64,000 nucleotides of DNA from an uncultured Solirubrobacteraceae bacterium (GCA_963821425.1 CAWGDS010000002.1:115775-179774); one strand, 5' to 3'. Counted from the stretch's first letter, positions 35,590 to 46,894 are shown. Notes: generated by a model not told the origin, from the letters alone. Program-made: numbers and translations.

Positions 35590-36876
35590 GTGAACGCCAA
35601 CGAGCAGTCCACCACCGCGGGCGCCGGGGCCCGCACCCGTCAGGAGCAAGCCGAAGGCCAGCTGCGCTCGCTGGAGCTGTTCGGGATGCGCTTCGGGCTG
35701 GACCGGATGCGCCGCATGATGACCGCCCTGGGCTCGCCCGAGCGCTCCTTCGAGACGGTCCACGTGCTCGGCACCAACGGCAAGTCCTCGACCACGAGGA
35801 TGACCGCCGCGATCCTCGAGCGCCACGGCCTGCGCACCGGCGCCTACCTGTCACCACATCTCGTCTCCTACTGCGAACGGGTGCTGGTGGGCGAGCAGGA
35901 GATGAACGCGGACGGTTTCGCGGACGCCGTCTCGCGGGCGGCCTGGGCGGCCGAGCGGGTCAACCGCACCCTCGCCGGCGACGACCACGTGACCCAGTTC
36001 GAACTGCTGACGGCGGCCGCCTTCTGGCACATGGCCCAGGAGGGTGTCGAGGTGGCCGTCGTGGAGGCCGGGCTGGGGGGGCGCTACGACGCCACCAGCG
36101 TGGTCGATGCGCCGGTCACGGTGCTCACCAACGTGGGCCTCGAGCACACCCGCTGGCTGGGGCCGACCGTTCGCCACATCGCCGAGGAGAAGCTCGCGGT
36201 CCTCGCCGACGGGGCCGTGCTCGTCCTGGGCCCGGAGCTCGACGAGCAGGCGCTCGCCGTGGCCCGGCGGGTGGCCGGCGAGCGGGGGGCGCGGATCGTG
36301 CAGGCAGGCCCTCCCGAGCAGGGCCTGAGGCTGGCTGCCCCGGGCGAGTTCCAGCAGCGCAACTTCGCGCTCGCCCGCGCCGCCGCGGGGGCCTACCTCG
36401 CACACGCCGGCGTGCCCGAACGCGAGCAGGCGGTCCTGCGGGCGGCCGCCGAGACCCAGATCCGCGGGCGCCTTCAGGTGCTGAGCGAGGACCCGCTCAC
36501 GATCCTCGACGGGGCCCACAACCCGCACGCCGTGTCCTCGCTGCTGGCGTCGCTTCCGGTGCTGCTCGGAGAACGCCCGCTGGGGCTGGTGCTGGGCGTG
36601 CTCGAGGACAAGGACGCCGTGGCGATGCTCGAACCGCTGCTGGCCCGCACGCGGCGGGCGTGGTTCGTGGCGCCGCCCAGCCCCCGCGCGCTGCCCCCGG
36701 CGACGCTCGCCTCGCTGGCCCGCCAGCTCGGCTTCGATGCCGCCGAGTCCGGCTCGGCCACGGGGTCGGCGCTGGCCGCGGCGCAGGGGTGGGCACGCGA
36801 GCACGACGGCGCTGTGCTGCTCACGGGCTCGGTGTACCTCGTCGGAGAGGTGCTCGCAGAGAGGCTGGGCGGGTGA
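35590..36876 (+). CDS. folC: Folylpolyglutamate synthase / dihydrofolate synthase
   Basis: The GTG at 35590 was chosen because it follows the upstream stop. Motifs FGMRFGLDRM, HVLGTNGKSST (P-loop), VVEAGLGGRYDATSV and LDGAHNPHA. Confidence 0.85.
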   Translation: MNANEQSTTAGAGARTRQEQAEGQLRSLELFGMRFGLDRMRRMMTALGSPERSFETVHVLGTNGKSSTTRMTAAILERHGLRTGAYLSPHLVSYCERVLVGEQEMNADGFADAVSRAAWAAERVNRTLAGDDHVTQFELLTAAAFWHMAQEGVEVAVVEAGLGGRYDATSVVDAPVTVLTNVGLEHTRWLGPTVRHIAEEKLAVLADGAVLVLGPELDEQALAVARRVAGERGARIVQAGPPEQGLRLAAPGEFQQRNFALARAAAGAYLAHAGVPEREQAVLRAAAETQIRGRLQVLSEDPLTILDGAHNPHAVSSLLASLPVLLGERPLGLVLGVLEDKDAVAMLEPLLARTRRAWFVAPPSPRALPPATLASLARQLGFDAAESGSATGSALAAAQGWAREHDGAVLLTGSVYLVGEVLAERLGG

Positions 36877-36989
36877 ACCAGCAGGGCCCGTCGGTGCTGC
36901 GGATGGTCGGCCTCGTGGCCGGCGTGGTGGCCCTCGTGATCCTGGTTTTCTTCGCCGCCGGTTATGGCTTCGGCCGGTTGTTTCTCTAG
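36873..36989 (+). CDS. Possible 38-aa single-TM peptide coupled to folC
   Basis: The GTG at 36873 overlaps the folC TGA as GTGA. The product is VNQQGPSVLRMVGLVAGVVALVILVFFAAGYGFGRLFL. Weak call. Confidence 0.25.
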   Translation: MNQQGPSVLRMVGLVAGVVALVILVFFAAGYGFGRLFL

Positions 36990-36995
36990 ACTTCT

Positions 36996-37691
36996 TTGCC
37001 GTCGATGCCCCCGCTCGCCTACTTCGGGATCGAAAGCAGCGGCTTCAGCCTCGCGGTAAACCTGCTGATCCTGTTCGTGGTGGTCCTGTACTTCTCGCTG
37101 ATCTACTGGACCTTCCAGGACGCACGGCGGCGGATCGCCGACCCGGTCATGATCGGGCTCTCCACGTTCGTGGCCTGTTTTCCGTTCGTGGGACCGATCA
37201 TCTACATGATCCTGCGCCCGCCCGAGTACCTCGAGGACGTGCACGAGCGGGACCTCGAGCTGCAGACGGCGGAGGCGCGGCTGGCGCAGGTCCAGCGGGG
37301 CCAGTGCCCATACTGCGACTACCGCATCGAGCGGGACTTCGTGCGCTGCCCGAGCTGCCTGCGCAAGCTCAAGGAGCGTTGCGCCAACTGCTCGCGCCCG
37401 CTCGACCAGGCATGGACCATCTGCCCCTACTGCGAGGCCGACGTGCCCGGGATCGCCTCTCCGCGGGTGCGCCGCCGCCGCGGCGGGGCCGTCGAGGAGG
37501 AGCTGTCGCCGCCGTATGAAGCAGCACTGGCCTCCGAGGAGGCCGCCGCCGAGCCCGCGCTTACGAATGGGGATGCCCCGGCGGGCGCCCCCACCAGCCC
37601 TGCCGAGCGGCGTGCTGAGCGGCGGGCGGCCGAACGCCGGGCCGCGGGCAGCGCTCGCACAGCGGCCGGGCGACCACGCCCCGCCCCCTAG
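36996..37691 (+). CDS. Membrane protein with PLD-N-like TM module and double zinc ribbon
   Basis: IYWTFQDARRR...FPFVGPIIYMILRPP, followed by CPYCDY...CPSC...CANC...CPYC. Confidence 0.6.
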   Translation: MPSMPPLAYFGIESSGFSLAVNLLILFVVVLYFSLIYWTFQDARRRIADPVMIGLSTFVACFPFVGPIIYMILRPPEYLEDVHERDLELQTAEARLAQVQRGQCPYCDYRIERDFVRCPSCLRKLKERCANCSRPLDQAWTICPYCEADVPGIASPRVRRRRGGAVEEELSPPYEAALASEEAAAEPALTNGDAPAGAPTSPAERRAERRAAERRAAGSARTAAGRPRPAP

Positions 37692-37724
37692 AGTCCCCGG
37701 CCGACACCGACCCCAGGAGCGCAG

Positions 37725-38138
37725 ATGAACGTGCAGCGAACGCTGATCCTCGTCAAGCCGGACGCCTTCGCCCGCGGGCTGACGGGCGAGATCCTCGCCC
37801 GCTTCGAGCGCAAGGGCCTGAGGATCGCGGCGCTGCGCTCGCTGACGCTCGAGCGGGAGCTGGCCGAACGCCACTACGCCGAGCACGCCGAGAGGCCGTT
37901 CTTCGGCGAGCTGGTGGACTTCATCACGTCCGGCCCGCTGGTGGCGATGGTGCTCGAGGGCCACGAGGCGATCGTCGCCGCCCGGCAGGTGATCGGGGCC
38001 ACCAACCCGCTGGAGGCGGCGACCGGCAGCATTCGCGGCGACTTCGCCCTGCAGACCGGCGAGAACATGGTCCACGGCTCGGACTCGCCGGCCTCGGCCG
38101 AGCGCGAGACGGCGCTGTTCTTCCCGGACCTCGCCTAG
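37725..38138 (+). CDS. ndk: Nucleoside diphosphate kinase
   Basis: [20 protein letters not shown]..., GATNP..A..GSIRGDF and NMVHGSD (active-site His). Confidence 0.95.
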   Translation: MNVQRTLILVKPDAFARGLTGEILARFERKGLRIAALRSLTLERELAERHYAEHAERPFFGELVDFITSGPLVAMVLEGHEAIVAARQVIGATNPLEAATGSIRGDFALQTGENMVHGSDSPASAERETALFFPDLA

Positions 38139-38142
38139 CCCG

Positions 38143-38745
38143 CTGGCCGGGCCCCGTCCCCTCGTCCTGGCCTCGGGCTCGCCCCAGCGGCGGGCGATCC
38201 TGGAACGCGTCGGGGTCGAGTTCAGCGTGCGCGTACCCGCGGTGGCCGAGCTGCTCCAGGGCGAGGCCGTGGCCCTTACGCTGGCCAACGCGCTCGCCAA
38301 GGCGCGCGCCGTGCAGAGGCCGCGGGAGCGCGAGACCGTGCTTGGGTGCGACACCGTCGTGACGCTCGAGGGCAAGGTCTACGGCAAGCCTGCCGACCGC
38401 GAGCAGGCGGAGCTGACGCTGAGGGCGCTGGCCGGACGCACCCACGAGGTGGTCAGCGGGCTGGTGCTGCTCGACGGCGAGCACTGCCGCCGGATCCACG
38501 CCCGCACGAAGGTCAGCTTCCGCGAGCTCGACGAGCGCCTGCTGGGCTGGTACCTGGGCCTGGAGGAGTGGCGGGGGAGGGCCGGCGGATATGCGATCCA
38601 GGGCGCCGGCAGCGCCCTGGTGTCCTCGCTGGCGGGGGACTACGAGAACGTCGTCGGGCTACCCCTCTCCGGATTGCTCGACCTCTGCCCCGAGCTGCTC
38701 GGAGGCGAGCCCTCTGGCATACCTCCCGATTCTGGTCAAACGTGA
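38143..38745 (+). CDS. maf: Maf-like nucleotide pyrophosphatase (start uncertain)
   Basis: LASGSPQRRAILERVG (encoded upstream of the first canonical start, GTG 38227), GCDTVV, YGKP and AGGYAIQG. The 5' limit is set at an in-frame CTG. Confidence 0.8.
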   Translation: MAGPRPLVLASGSPQRRAILERVGVEFSVRVPAVAELLQGEAVALTLANALAKARAVQRPRERETVLGCDTVVTLEGKVYGKPADREQAELTLRALAGRTHEVVSGLVLLDGEHCRRIHARTKVSFRELDERLLGWYLGLEEWRGRAGGYAIQGAGSALVSSLAGDYENVVGLPLSGLLDLCPELLGGEPSGIPPDSGQT

Positions 38746-38800
38746 GAAATCGCTGCAAAAGGGCGCCCATAGTGATCGCTGCTTCGCAGGCGTTCGCTAG

Positions 38801-39946
<1,146 letters not shown>

Positions 39947-40018
39947 GTCGCCAGGTGGCGGCTCGACCGCCCGCCACGGGGGTACTCTTGTGGTTGAACG
40001 CTCCGGAAGGTTCTCTCG

Positions 40019-40972
40019 GTGCATGACAAGACCGTACGGAGACGCCGGGCAGTGCTCGTACTGCTCGTGGTGCTCTCCCTGCTACTGCTGACGGCATATT
40101 TCGGTGAGGCCCCCAGCGGGCGCCTGCACGGCGTGCAGCGCGCCTTTCTGACGGTCGTCTCGCCGATCCAGAACGGCGCCAACAAGGCGCTGAAGCCGGT
40201 CCGGGACACGATCGGCTGGTTCGGCGAAACGCTCAGCGCCAAAGGCCAGCGCGACAAGCTCAAGCGCGAAAACGACGCCCTGCGCAAGAAGCTGGTCGCC
40301 GATCAGAGCGAAAAAACCGCTCTGCGCCAGCTGCAGGCCCTCTACCACCTAGACCAGCTCGGGGCCGGCGAATACCACCCGGTGACGGCCACGGTGGTGG
40401 CCAAATCCCCCAACATCTGGTACGCCACCGTCACGATCGATGCCGGCAGCAACGCGGGCGTGCGCGTCGATGACCCGGTCATCAACGGCGAAGGGCTGGT
40501 GGGGAAGGTCGCCCAGGTCGCCTCCGACGGCGCCCAGGTGGACCTCGTCACGGACAGCTCGATGGGGGTCTCTGCGCGCCTGGCCAAAAGCACGGCCACC
40601 GGGATCATCCAGCCCAAGGTGGGCGAACCGGGAGACCTGCTGCTGCAGTACCTGCCCTCCACCACGCAGCCCAACACGGGCGAATTCGTGGTCACCTCAG
40701 GCACCGTGGCGAGCCCCGACGACTCCCTCTACCCGCCGGGGCTGCTGATCGGGCAGGTGAGCTCGGTCAACGAAGAAACCGGCTTCAAGTCCGTCAACGT
40801 GCATCCTTCGGTCAACCTCCAGAACCTCGACACCGTCCAGGTGCTGACCTCCAGCGCCGGCTCGCGGGCGACCACCATCGCCAGCCTCGCCGCCCAGCTG
40901 CCCGCCGGCAAGGGCGCCTCCGGCAGCGAAGCGGGGGCCGAACAGTACGCCTCGAACGGCAGCGGCGGATGA
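40019..40972 (+). CDS. mreC: Rod shape-determining protein MreC
   Basis: GTG start. A TM anchor and coiled coil (LKRENDALRKKL) are followed by VINGEGLVGKV and FVVTSG...YPPGLLIGQV. Confidence 0.9.
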   Translation: MHDKTVRRRRAVLVLLVVLSLLLLTAYFGEAPSGRLHGVQRAFLTVVSPIQNGANKALKPVRDTIGWFGETLSAKGQRDKLKRENDALRKKLVADQSEKTALRQLQALYHLDQLGAGEYHPVTATVVAKSPNIWYATVTIDAGSNAGVRVDDPVINGEGLVGKVAQVASDGAQVDLVTDSSMGVSARLAKSTATGIIQPKVGEPGDLLLQYLPSTTQPNTGEFVVTSGTVASPDDSLYPPGLLIGQVSSVNEETGFKSVNVHPSVNLQNLDTVQVLTSSAGSRATTIASLAAQLPAGKGASGSEAGAEQYASNGSGG

Positions 40973-41547
40973 GCCCCACGCGGACCGCTTCGCTGCCCCT
41001 GCGCCTGGCGGCGATGGCGGTGCTGGTGACGTTGGTGCAGGTCGGCGTCGTCTCGGAGATCCCCGTGTTCGGCATCAACGCCGACCTCTCGCCCCTGCTG
41101 GTGGCGTTCGTGGGCCTGCTGTGCGGCTCCACCATCGGCGCCGCCTACGGCTTCGCCACCGGGCTGCTGGTCGACCTGCTGCTGCTGCAGACGCTGGGCC
41201 TGAGCTCGCTGATCTTCACGCTCGTGGGCTACTCCGCCGGGCGCCTGCGGGAGCTGCGTGACCCGCAGGCGGCGCTGACGCCGCTGCTGGTGGGCGCCGC
41301 CGCGGCCGGGGCCTCGCTTGTCGGCTACTCGCTGATGGAGTTCATGCTGGGCGTGGATGCGCCCGTCAGCCTCGAGCTGCTGCGCCAGATCCTGCTGATC
41401 ACCGTCGTGGACGCGGTCATCGCGCTGCCGCTGTGGGCGCTGGTGCGGGCCTGGCTCGAGAGCGCGCTGCCCGAGGATCCGCGCCGGCGCCGGCGCCGGC
41501 GCCGGGCCTACACGACCGGCGGGCTGAGCCCGCTCTCGCGCTCGTGA
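40969..41547 (+). CDS. mreD: Rod shape-determining protein MreD
   Basis: ATGA overlap with mreC. The product is a hydrophobic multi-TM protein in the conserved position. Confidence 0.75.
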   Translation: MSPTRTASLPLRLAAMAVLVTLVQVGVVSEIPVFGINADLSPLLVAFVGLLCGSTIGAAYGFATGLLVDLLLLQTLGLSSLIFTLVGYSAGRLRELRDPQAALTPLLVGAAAAGASLVGYSLMEFMLGVDAPVSLELLRQILLITVVDAVIALPLWALVRAWLESALPEDPRRRRRRRRAYTTGGLSPLSRS

Positions 41548-43526
41548 GCGCAATCGAGCCGGCGGGCGGCCGCGAGCCCCGGATCCCCGTCTCGCCCCAG
41601 ATGGCCCTGCGCGTGGCGATCATCGGCGGCGTGGCGATGGTGATGTTCGGGGTCATCTTCTTCCGCCTCTGGTACCTGCAGATCCTGTCCGGCGAACAGT
41701 ACGTCCAGCAGGCCAACGCCAACCGCGTGCGCGACCTGCCGATCCCCGCCCCGCGGGGGGAGATCATCGACCGCAACGGCCAGACGCTGGTCTCCAGCCG
41801 GGTCACCAACGCGGTCCAGATCGTGCCCTCGGCGCTGCCCCCGGCCGGCCCCGCCCGGCTCGCGCTGTACGTCAAGCTCGGCCGCCTGCTGGGGATGAGC
41901 CCCGGCCACGTGCAGGCACTCGTGATCCGCGGGCGCACGCAGCTGCCCTACGCGCCGATCACCATCAAGACCGACGCCGGTCCGGGCGTGCTGACGGTGC
42001 TCGGGGAGCGCGCCAGCCAGTTCCCCGGGGTCCTGCAGAAGCCGGTCTCGATCCGCGACTACCCGTGGGGGGAAATGGCCGCCCAGGTGCTCGGGTACGT
42101 CGGCGACGTCTCCCCGGCGCAGCTCAAGCTGAAGGCCTTCCGCGGCGTCCAGGGGGGCACGATCGTGGGCCAGGAAGGGCTCGAGTACTACTACGACCGC
42201 TACCTGCGCGGCACCCCGGGGACCGAACGCGTGGAGGTCAACGCCAACGGCTACCCGGTGCCCAGCCGGCTCGCCCCGACCCAGCCGAAGGCCGGCCATG
42301 GGCTGCAGGTGACGCTCGACATGGGCCTGCAGAAGGAGAGCGAAAAGGCGCTTCTGCAGGGCATCGACAACGCCCGCGCCAACGGCAAACCGGCGGTCGC
42401 CGGGGCGTTCGTGGCGATGGACCCGCGCAACGGCGAAATCCTCTCGCTCGGCTCCTACCCCTCGTTCAACCCCAACCGCTTCGCCAAACCGCTCACCCAG
42501 CATGAATACGAACGGCTCGAGGGCACCGGCTCGGCGGCCGGGCCGCTCACCGACCGGGCCGTCAACGGCACCTATCCGACCGGCTCCACGTTCAAGCCGA
42601 TCACCGCCATGGCGGCGATCGAAGGGGGCGTGATCACGCCCGGAGAAGGCCTCGGTTCGGGCCAGTGCATCTCCGTCTCCACCGAGCAGTTCTGCAACGC
42701 CGGCAAAGCCGACTACGGCGCCGTCGGGCTCGTACAGGCGCTGAAGGTCTCCTCGGACACCTACTTCTTCGAAGTCGGCGAGCGCGCCAACGGCTACGGC
42801 GACGTGATCCAGAACAAGGCCCACGAGCTCGGGATCGGGCAGGCCACCGGCGTCGACCTGCCAAGCGAGTTCGAAGGCGTGGTCCCCGACGCGGCCTGGC
42901 GCCAGCGCGAGAACCAGCGCCAGATCGCCTGCGAACACGAACACCCCCACGGCCCCTGCTCGATCGTCAGCGAAGTGCGCCCCTGGAGCGTCGGCGACGA
43001 CATGCACCTCGCCGTCGGCCAGGGCGACCTGCTGACCGACCCGCTGCAGATGGCCGTCGCCTACTCGACCCTCGCCAACGCCTACATGAACGAAGGCAAC
43101 GGGGAGGTCGTGACACCCCACATCGGCAAGCAGATCGACGAATCCGGGGGCGGTCTGCTGCAGAGCCTCAGCTTCCCGCCCAAACGGCACGTGCACCTGA
43201 ACGCGACCGACCTGGGGCTCGTGATGCAGGGCATCCACGAGGCCGCCAGCGAACCCGGGGGCACCTCCGCCGACGTGTGGGCGGGCTGGAACCAGTCCGC
43301 CCACCCCGTGTACGGGAAGACCGGTACCGCCCAGCACGAAGGACTGGAAGACCAGTCCTGGTACATGTGCTACGTCGGGGACCCCCAACGCCCGATCGTC
43401 ATCGCGGTGACCGTCGAACAGGGCGGTTTCGGCGCCGAAACCGCCGCCCCGATCGCCCGCCTGATGGCCTCCCAGTGGTTCGGCGAGCCGCTCAAGTTCG
43501 TCGCCGGCTCCTCCAAGACGCTGTGA
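41544..43526 (+). CDS. mrdA: Penicillin-binding protein 2 (elongation transpeptidase)
   Basis: The GTG at 41544 overlaps the mreD stop as GTGA. Motifs RGEIIDRNG, the active site STFK (GSTFKPIT), the SxD/SxN-like block SSD (LKVSSDTYFF) and KTGTA. Confidence 0.9.
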   Translation: MSAIEPAGGREPRIPVSPQMALRVAIIGGVAMVMFGVIFFRLWYLQILSGEQYVQQANANRVRDLPIPAPRGEIIDRNGQTLVSSRVTNAVQIVPSALPPAGPARLALYVKLGRLLGMSPGHVQALVIRGRTQLPYAPITIKTDAGPGVLTVLGERASQFPGVLQKPVSIRDYPWGEMAAQVLGYVGDVSPAQLKLKAFRGVQGGTIVGQEGLEYYYDRYLRGTPGTERVEVNANGYPVPSRLAPTQPKAGHGLQVTLDMGLQKESEKALLQGIDNARANGKPAVAGAFVAMDPRNGEILSLGSYPSFNPNRFAKPLTQHEYERLEGTGSAAGPLTDRAVNGTYPTGSTFKPITAMAAIEGGVITPGEGLGSGQCISVSTEQFCNAGKADYGAVGLVQALKVSSDTYFFEVGERANGYGDVIQNKAHELGIGQATGVDLPSEFEGVVPDAAWRQRENQRQIACEHEHPHGPCSIVSEVRPWSVGDDMHLAVGQGDLLTDPLQMAVAYSTLANAYMNEGNGEVVTPHIGKQIDESGGGLLQSLSFPPKRHVHLNATDLGLVMQGIHEAASEPGGTSADVWAGWNQSAHPVYGKTGTAQHEGLEDQSWYMCYVGDPQRPIVIAVTVEQGGFGAETAAPIARLMASQWFGEPLKFVAGSSKTL

Positions 43527-44719
43527 GCCCGCTCAGCCCGATCACCGCCACCCAGGAGCGCACCACGGCCGAGTCCACGGGGCTGCCGCGGATGCCGCTC
43601 GACCCGCTGCTGACGCTGGCCGTGATCGGCCTCGGTATCTGCTCGGTGCTGACGCTGAGCGGGTCCACCCGCAACCTGATCCCCGGCGACCCCAGCTACT
43701 ACACGACCCGCCAGGGGGTCTACCTCGGGATAGGGCTGGTGCTGATGGTCGCCCTCTCGCGGCTGGACTACTCGCACCTGCGACGCCTGAAAGTGCCCAT
43801 CTACGCGGTCCTGATCGTGAGCATCCTGGCGGTGCTCGGGGCCGGCCACGCCAGCAACGGAGCCCAGCGTGCGATCAACTTCCCGTTCTTCTCCTTCCAG
43901 GCCTCCGAGCTCGGCAAGGTGCTGCTGATCGTCGCCCTCGCGGCCCTGCTGGTGGATCGCGCGCGCTCGCTGCGAGATCGCGACACCACCGCCCGGGTGA
44001 TGGTCGCCGCGCTGATCCCGGCGATGTTCGTGATCGCCCAGCCCGACCTCGGATCGGGCCTGGTGTACATGGTGATCGCGGCCATGCTGCTGTTCGTGGC
44101 CGGGGCGCCATGGCGGCACCTGGCGACGCTGGCGGCGATCGTGGTGCTGTCGGTCACGTTCATCCTCGTGGCCGCCCCGGCCGTCGGCGTGCACGTGCTC
44201 AAGCCCTACCAGGTTGACCGCCTGACGGCCTTCCTGCACCCGACCTCCAACCCCCAGAAACAGGGCTACCAGCAGCAGGAGTCGAAGATCGCGATCGGCG
44301 CCGGGCAGAAGACCGGCTGGCACGGGGAAGGCGGTCAGATTCCCGACGGTTACGTGCCGGAGAGCAACACCGACTTCGTGTTCGCCGCCGTCGGCGAACA
44401 GTACGGGTTCGTCGGCGCGGGCCTGGTGCTGCTGCTCTACGGGTTGTTGATCTCGCGCGCCCTGCGGATCCTGCTGATGAGCAAGGACCTGTTCGGCTCA
44501 CTGATCGCGGCCGGGGTAGCGGCTATGCTCATGTTCCAGGTCTTCGTCAACGTTGGGATGACCATTGGAATCATGCCTATCACCGGGGTCACGCTGCCAC
44601 TCATGAGCTATGGCGGCTCGTCGGTGATCACGATCATGTTGGCGGTCGGCCTGCTGCAGTCGATCTACGTGCGGGCGCGCGCCTCAGCCGCTCTGAAGGG
44701 CCGGGTGCCGCGCCTCTAG
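43523..44719 (+). CDS. rodA: SEDS family peptidoglycan polymerase RodA
   Basis: The GTG overlaps the mrdA stop as GTGA. Motifs QPSELGK-like FQASELGKVLLI, ESNTDFVFA and PITGVTLPLMSYGGSS. Confidence 0.9.
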   Translation: MSPLSPITATQERTTAESTGLPRMPLDPLLTLAVIGLGICSVLTLSGSTRNLIPGDPSYYTTRQGVYLGIGLVLMVALSRLDYSHLRRLKVPIYAVLIVSILAVLGAGHASNGAQRAINFPFFSFQASELGKVLLIVALAALLVDRARSLRDRDTTARVMVAALIPAMFVIAQPDLGSGLVYMVIAAMLLFVAGAPWRHLATLAAIVVLSVTFILVAAPAVGVHVLKPYQVDRLTAFLHPTSNPQKQGYQQQESKIAIGAGQKTGWHGEGGQIPDGYVPESNTDFVFAAVGEQYGFVGAGLVLLLYGLLISRALRILLMSKDLFGSLIAAGVAAMLMFQVFVNVGMTIGIMPITGVTLPLMSYGGSSVITIMLAVGLLQSIYVRARASAALKGRVPRL

Positions 44720-44854
44720 GTCGCGAGAACAAGATGCGAATCTCAGCTGAGCAATTCCACCCCGGCCGCGGTTTCAGCCGAGCGCGTCGCATGCGCGCGC
44801 GCCGGCACCCGGCCGCCTGCTCGGCATCCTCCCCCATCGAAAGATTGGTTCAAA

Positions 44855-46894
44855 TTGAAAAAGCAAGTACTTGTCAGCGTGGACCGCGCGGAGACGCGCG
44901 TCGCGCTCATGGAGGCCGCGGGGGCACCGGCGGCCGCCCGATCCACCTCCTCACGCCCGCGCAGCCGCGCCGGCGCCAAGGACCCATACCGCGTAGCTGA
45001 GCTGTACATCGAGCGCCGCGGCCAGCGCTCGATCGTCGGAAACATCTACAAGGGCAAGGTCGACAACGTCCTGCCCGGGCTGGAGGCCGCCTTCGTCGAC
45101 ATCGGCCTCGAGAAGAACGGCTTCCTGCACGTCGACGAGATCGTGCTCCCGGGCGTCGAGGCGCCCCGGCGGGGGCGTGGCGGCGGGCGCAAGATCTCCG
45201 AGCTGCTGAAGCCCGGCCAGGAGATCGTCGTGCAGGTCGTCAAGGACCCGCTCAAGTCAAAGGGCGCGCGCCTGTCGATGGAGCTCACGATCGCCGGGCG
45301 CTACATGGTCTACGCCCCCACCGGCGAGGGCGTGGGCGTCTCTCGGCGACTGGAGGACCGCGAGCGGGCCCGCCTGCGCCGCCAGACCTCCGGCCTCGAG
45401 CTGGGCGACGGGGGCGCGATCATCCGCACCGCCGCCCACGGGGCCAAGCGCGAGGACTTCGAGCGCGAGCTCAAGTACCTGCACAAGCTCCACGAGGTGC
45501 TCGAGCGCCGCGTCGAGGACACCCCGGCGCCGGGGTTGGTGTTCCAGGAGGCCGACCTGTCGGTGCGCGTGGTGCGCGACATCTTCTCGGCCCACTTCGA
45601 GCGCGCGATCGTGGACGACGAGCAGCAGTTTCACCGGCTCGTGTCCTTCTTTACCCGCACGGCCCCCGAGCTCGTCGAGCGCGTCGAGCTGTGGAAGGAG
45701 AGCGAACCGCTGTTCGAGGCCTTCGGCGTGGACAAGGCGATCGAGGGGGTGCTCTCGCGGCGAGTGGACCTCCCCAGCGGGGGCTATCTGATCGTCGACT
45801 ACGCCGAGGCGCTGACGGTGATCGACGTCAACTCCGGCAGCTTCATCGGCCGCGGCAAGGGCGCCGGCCTCGAGGACACGATCACCAAGACCAACCTCGA
45901 GGCGGCCGAGGAGGTCGTCAACCAGCTGCGTCTGCGCGACATCGGCGGGATCATCGTGATCGACTTCATCGACATGGCCCGCGCGCGCAACCGCGACGCG
46001 GTCATGAAGGTCCTGCGCAAGACGCTCGACGAGGACCGCACCAAGACCTTCACCGCCGAGATCTCCAAGCTCGGCCTGGTGGAGATGACGCGCCAGAACG
46101 TCACCGAGGGCGTGCGCGAGATCATGAGCCGCCCCTGTCCCACCTGCGAGGGCGAGGGTGTGATCCGCTCCGAGGAGACGATCGCGATCGAGTTCGAGCG
46201 CCGGCTGCGGGACATCGCCGCCGAACACCCCGAGGCAGACGCCTTCCTGCTGCAGGCCAACCCTCGGGTCAGCACCCAGTTCACCGGTCACGGCGCGCGC
46301 GTGCTGCACGCGCTCGAGGCCGAGACCGGCAAGTCGTTCCTGTTCGAGGGCTCCGAAGGGCTCGCCCTGGACCACTTCGCGATCACCTTCGTGGGCACCC
46401 GCGAGGAAGTCGAGGAGCGGGCGCTGCCGTTCCGCCCCGGCGACGAGGTGCTGGTCGAGATCGTCGAGCCCCACATGTACGACGAGGACGACGCGGTCGC
46501 CAAAATCGACGGCTACATAATCTCGATCGCGGGCGCCGCCGGCAGCGTGGGGGAGAAGCGAATGGTGCGCATCGACCAGGTCGGCAGGACGGCTGCCACG
46601 GCCCTGCTGCTGGACGAGTCCGGTGAGGTGGTCACGGCCCCGAGCCGTCCCAGCCGCCCACGCTCCCGGCCCCGCCGGGAGGGCCGCTCGCAGGCCGCCC
46701 CGAAACGCTCGACGACGCCCAAACGCGAGCCGGCCCCGGAGCCCGAGATCACTGCCTCCGAGCAGGAGCCGGTCGAGGACCCGGAGCAGGACGTCTCGGC
46801 CAACGGCGATGGCCTACAATCCAAACCTCGGCGTCGTGGCCGCAGAGGCGGACGGCGCCGTTCCGCTGCCAAGGCGAAGGCCACGCCCGAGTAG
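44855..46894 (+). CDS. rne: Ribonuclease E/G family endoribonuclease
   Basis: TTG start. S1 domain GNIYKGKVDNVLPGLEAAFVDIG. Catalytic core VIDVNSGSF...IIVIDFIDM. Zn-link CPTCEGEG. Arg/Pro-rich C-terminal tail. Confidence 0.9.
   Translation: MKKQVLVSVDRAETRVALMEAAGAPAAARSTSSRPRSRAGAKDPYRVAELYIERRGQRSIVGNIYKGKVDNVLPGLEAAFVDIGLEKNGFLHVDEIVLPGVEAPRRGRGGGRKISELLKPGQEIVVQVVKDPLKSKGARLSMELTIAGRYMVYAPTGEGVGVSRRLEDRERARLRRQTSGLELGDGGAIIRTAAHGAKREDFERELKYLHKLHEVLERRVEDTPAPGLVFQEADLSVRVVRDIFSAHFERAIVDDEQQFHRLVSFFTRTAPELVERVELWKESEPLFEAFGVDKAIEGVLSRRVDLPSGGYLIVDYAEALTVIDVNSGSFIGRGKGAGLEDTITKTNLEAAEEVVNQLRLRDIGGIIVIDFIDMARARNRDAVMKVLRKTLDEDRTKTFTAEISKLGLVEMTRQNVTEGVREIMSRPCPTCEGEGVIRSEETIAIEFERRLRDIAAEHPEADAFLLQANPRVSTQFTGHGARVLHALEAETGKSFLFEGSEGLALDHFAITFVGTREEVEERALPFRPGDEVLVEIVEPHMYDEDDAVAKIDGYIISIAGAAGSVGEKRMVRIDQVGRTAATALLLDESGEVVTAPSRPSRPRSRPRREGRSQAAPKRSTTPKREPAPEPEITASEQEPVEDPEQDVSANGDGLQSKPRRRGRRGGRRRSAAKAKATPE

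Noticed and set aside
44720-44854. Structured autoregulatory 5' leader of rne
   Set aside because: The region is AT-richer and precedes a TTG start. I could not identify a convincing conserved hairpin, so this is only analogy to E. coli rne.
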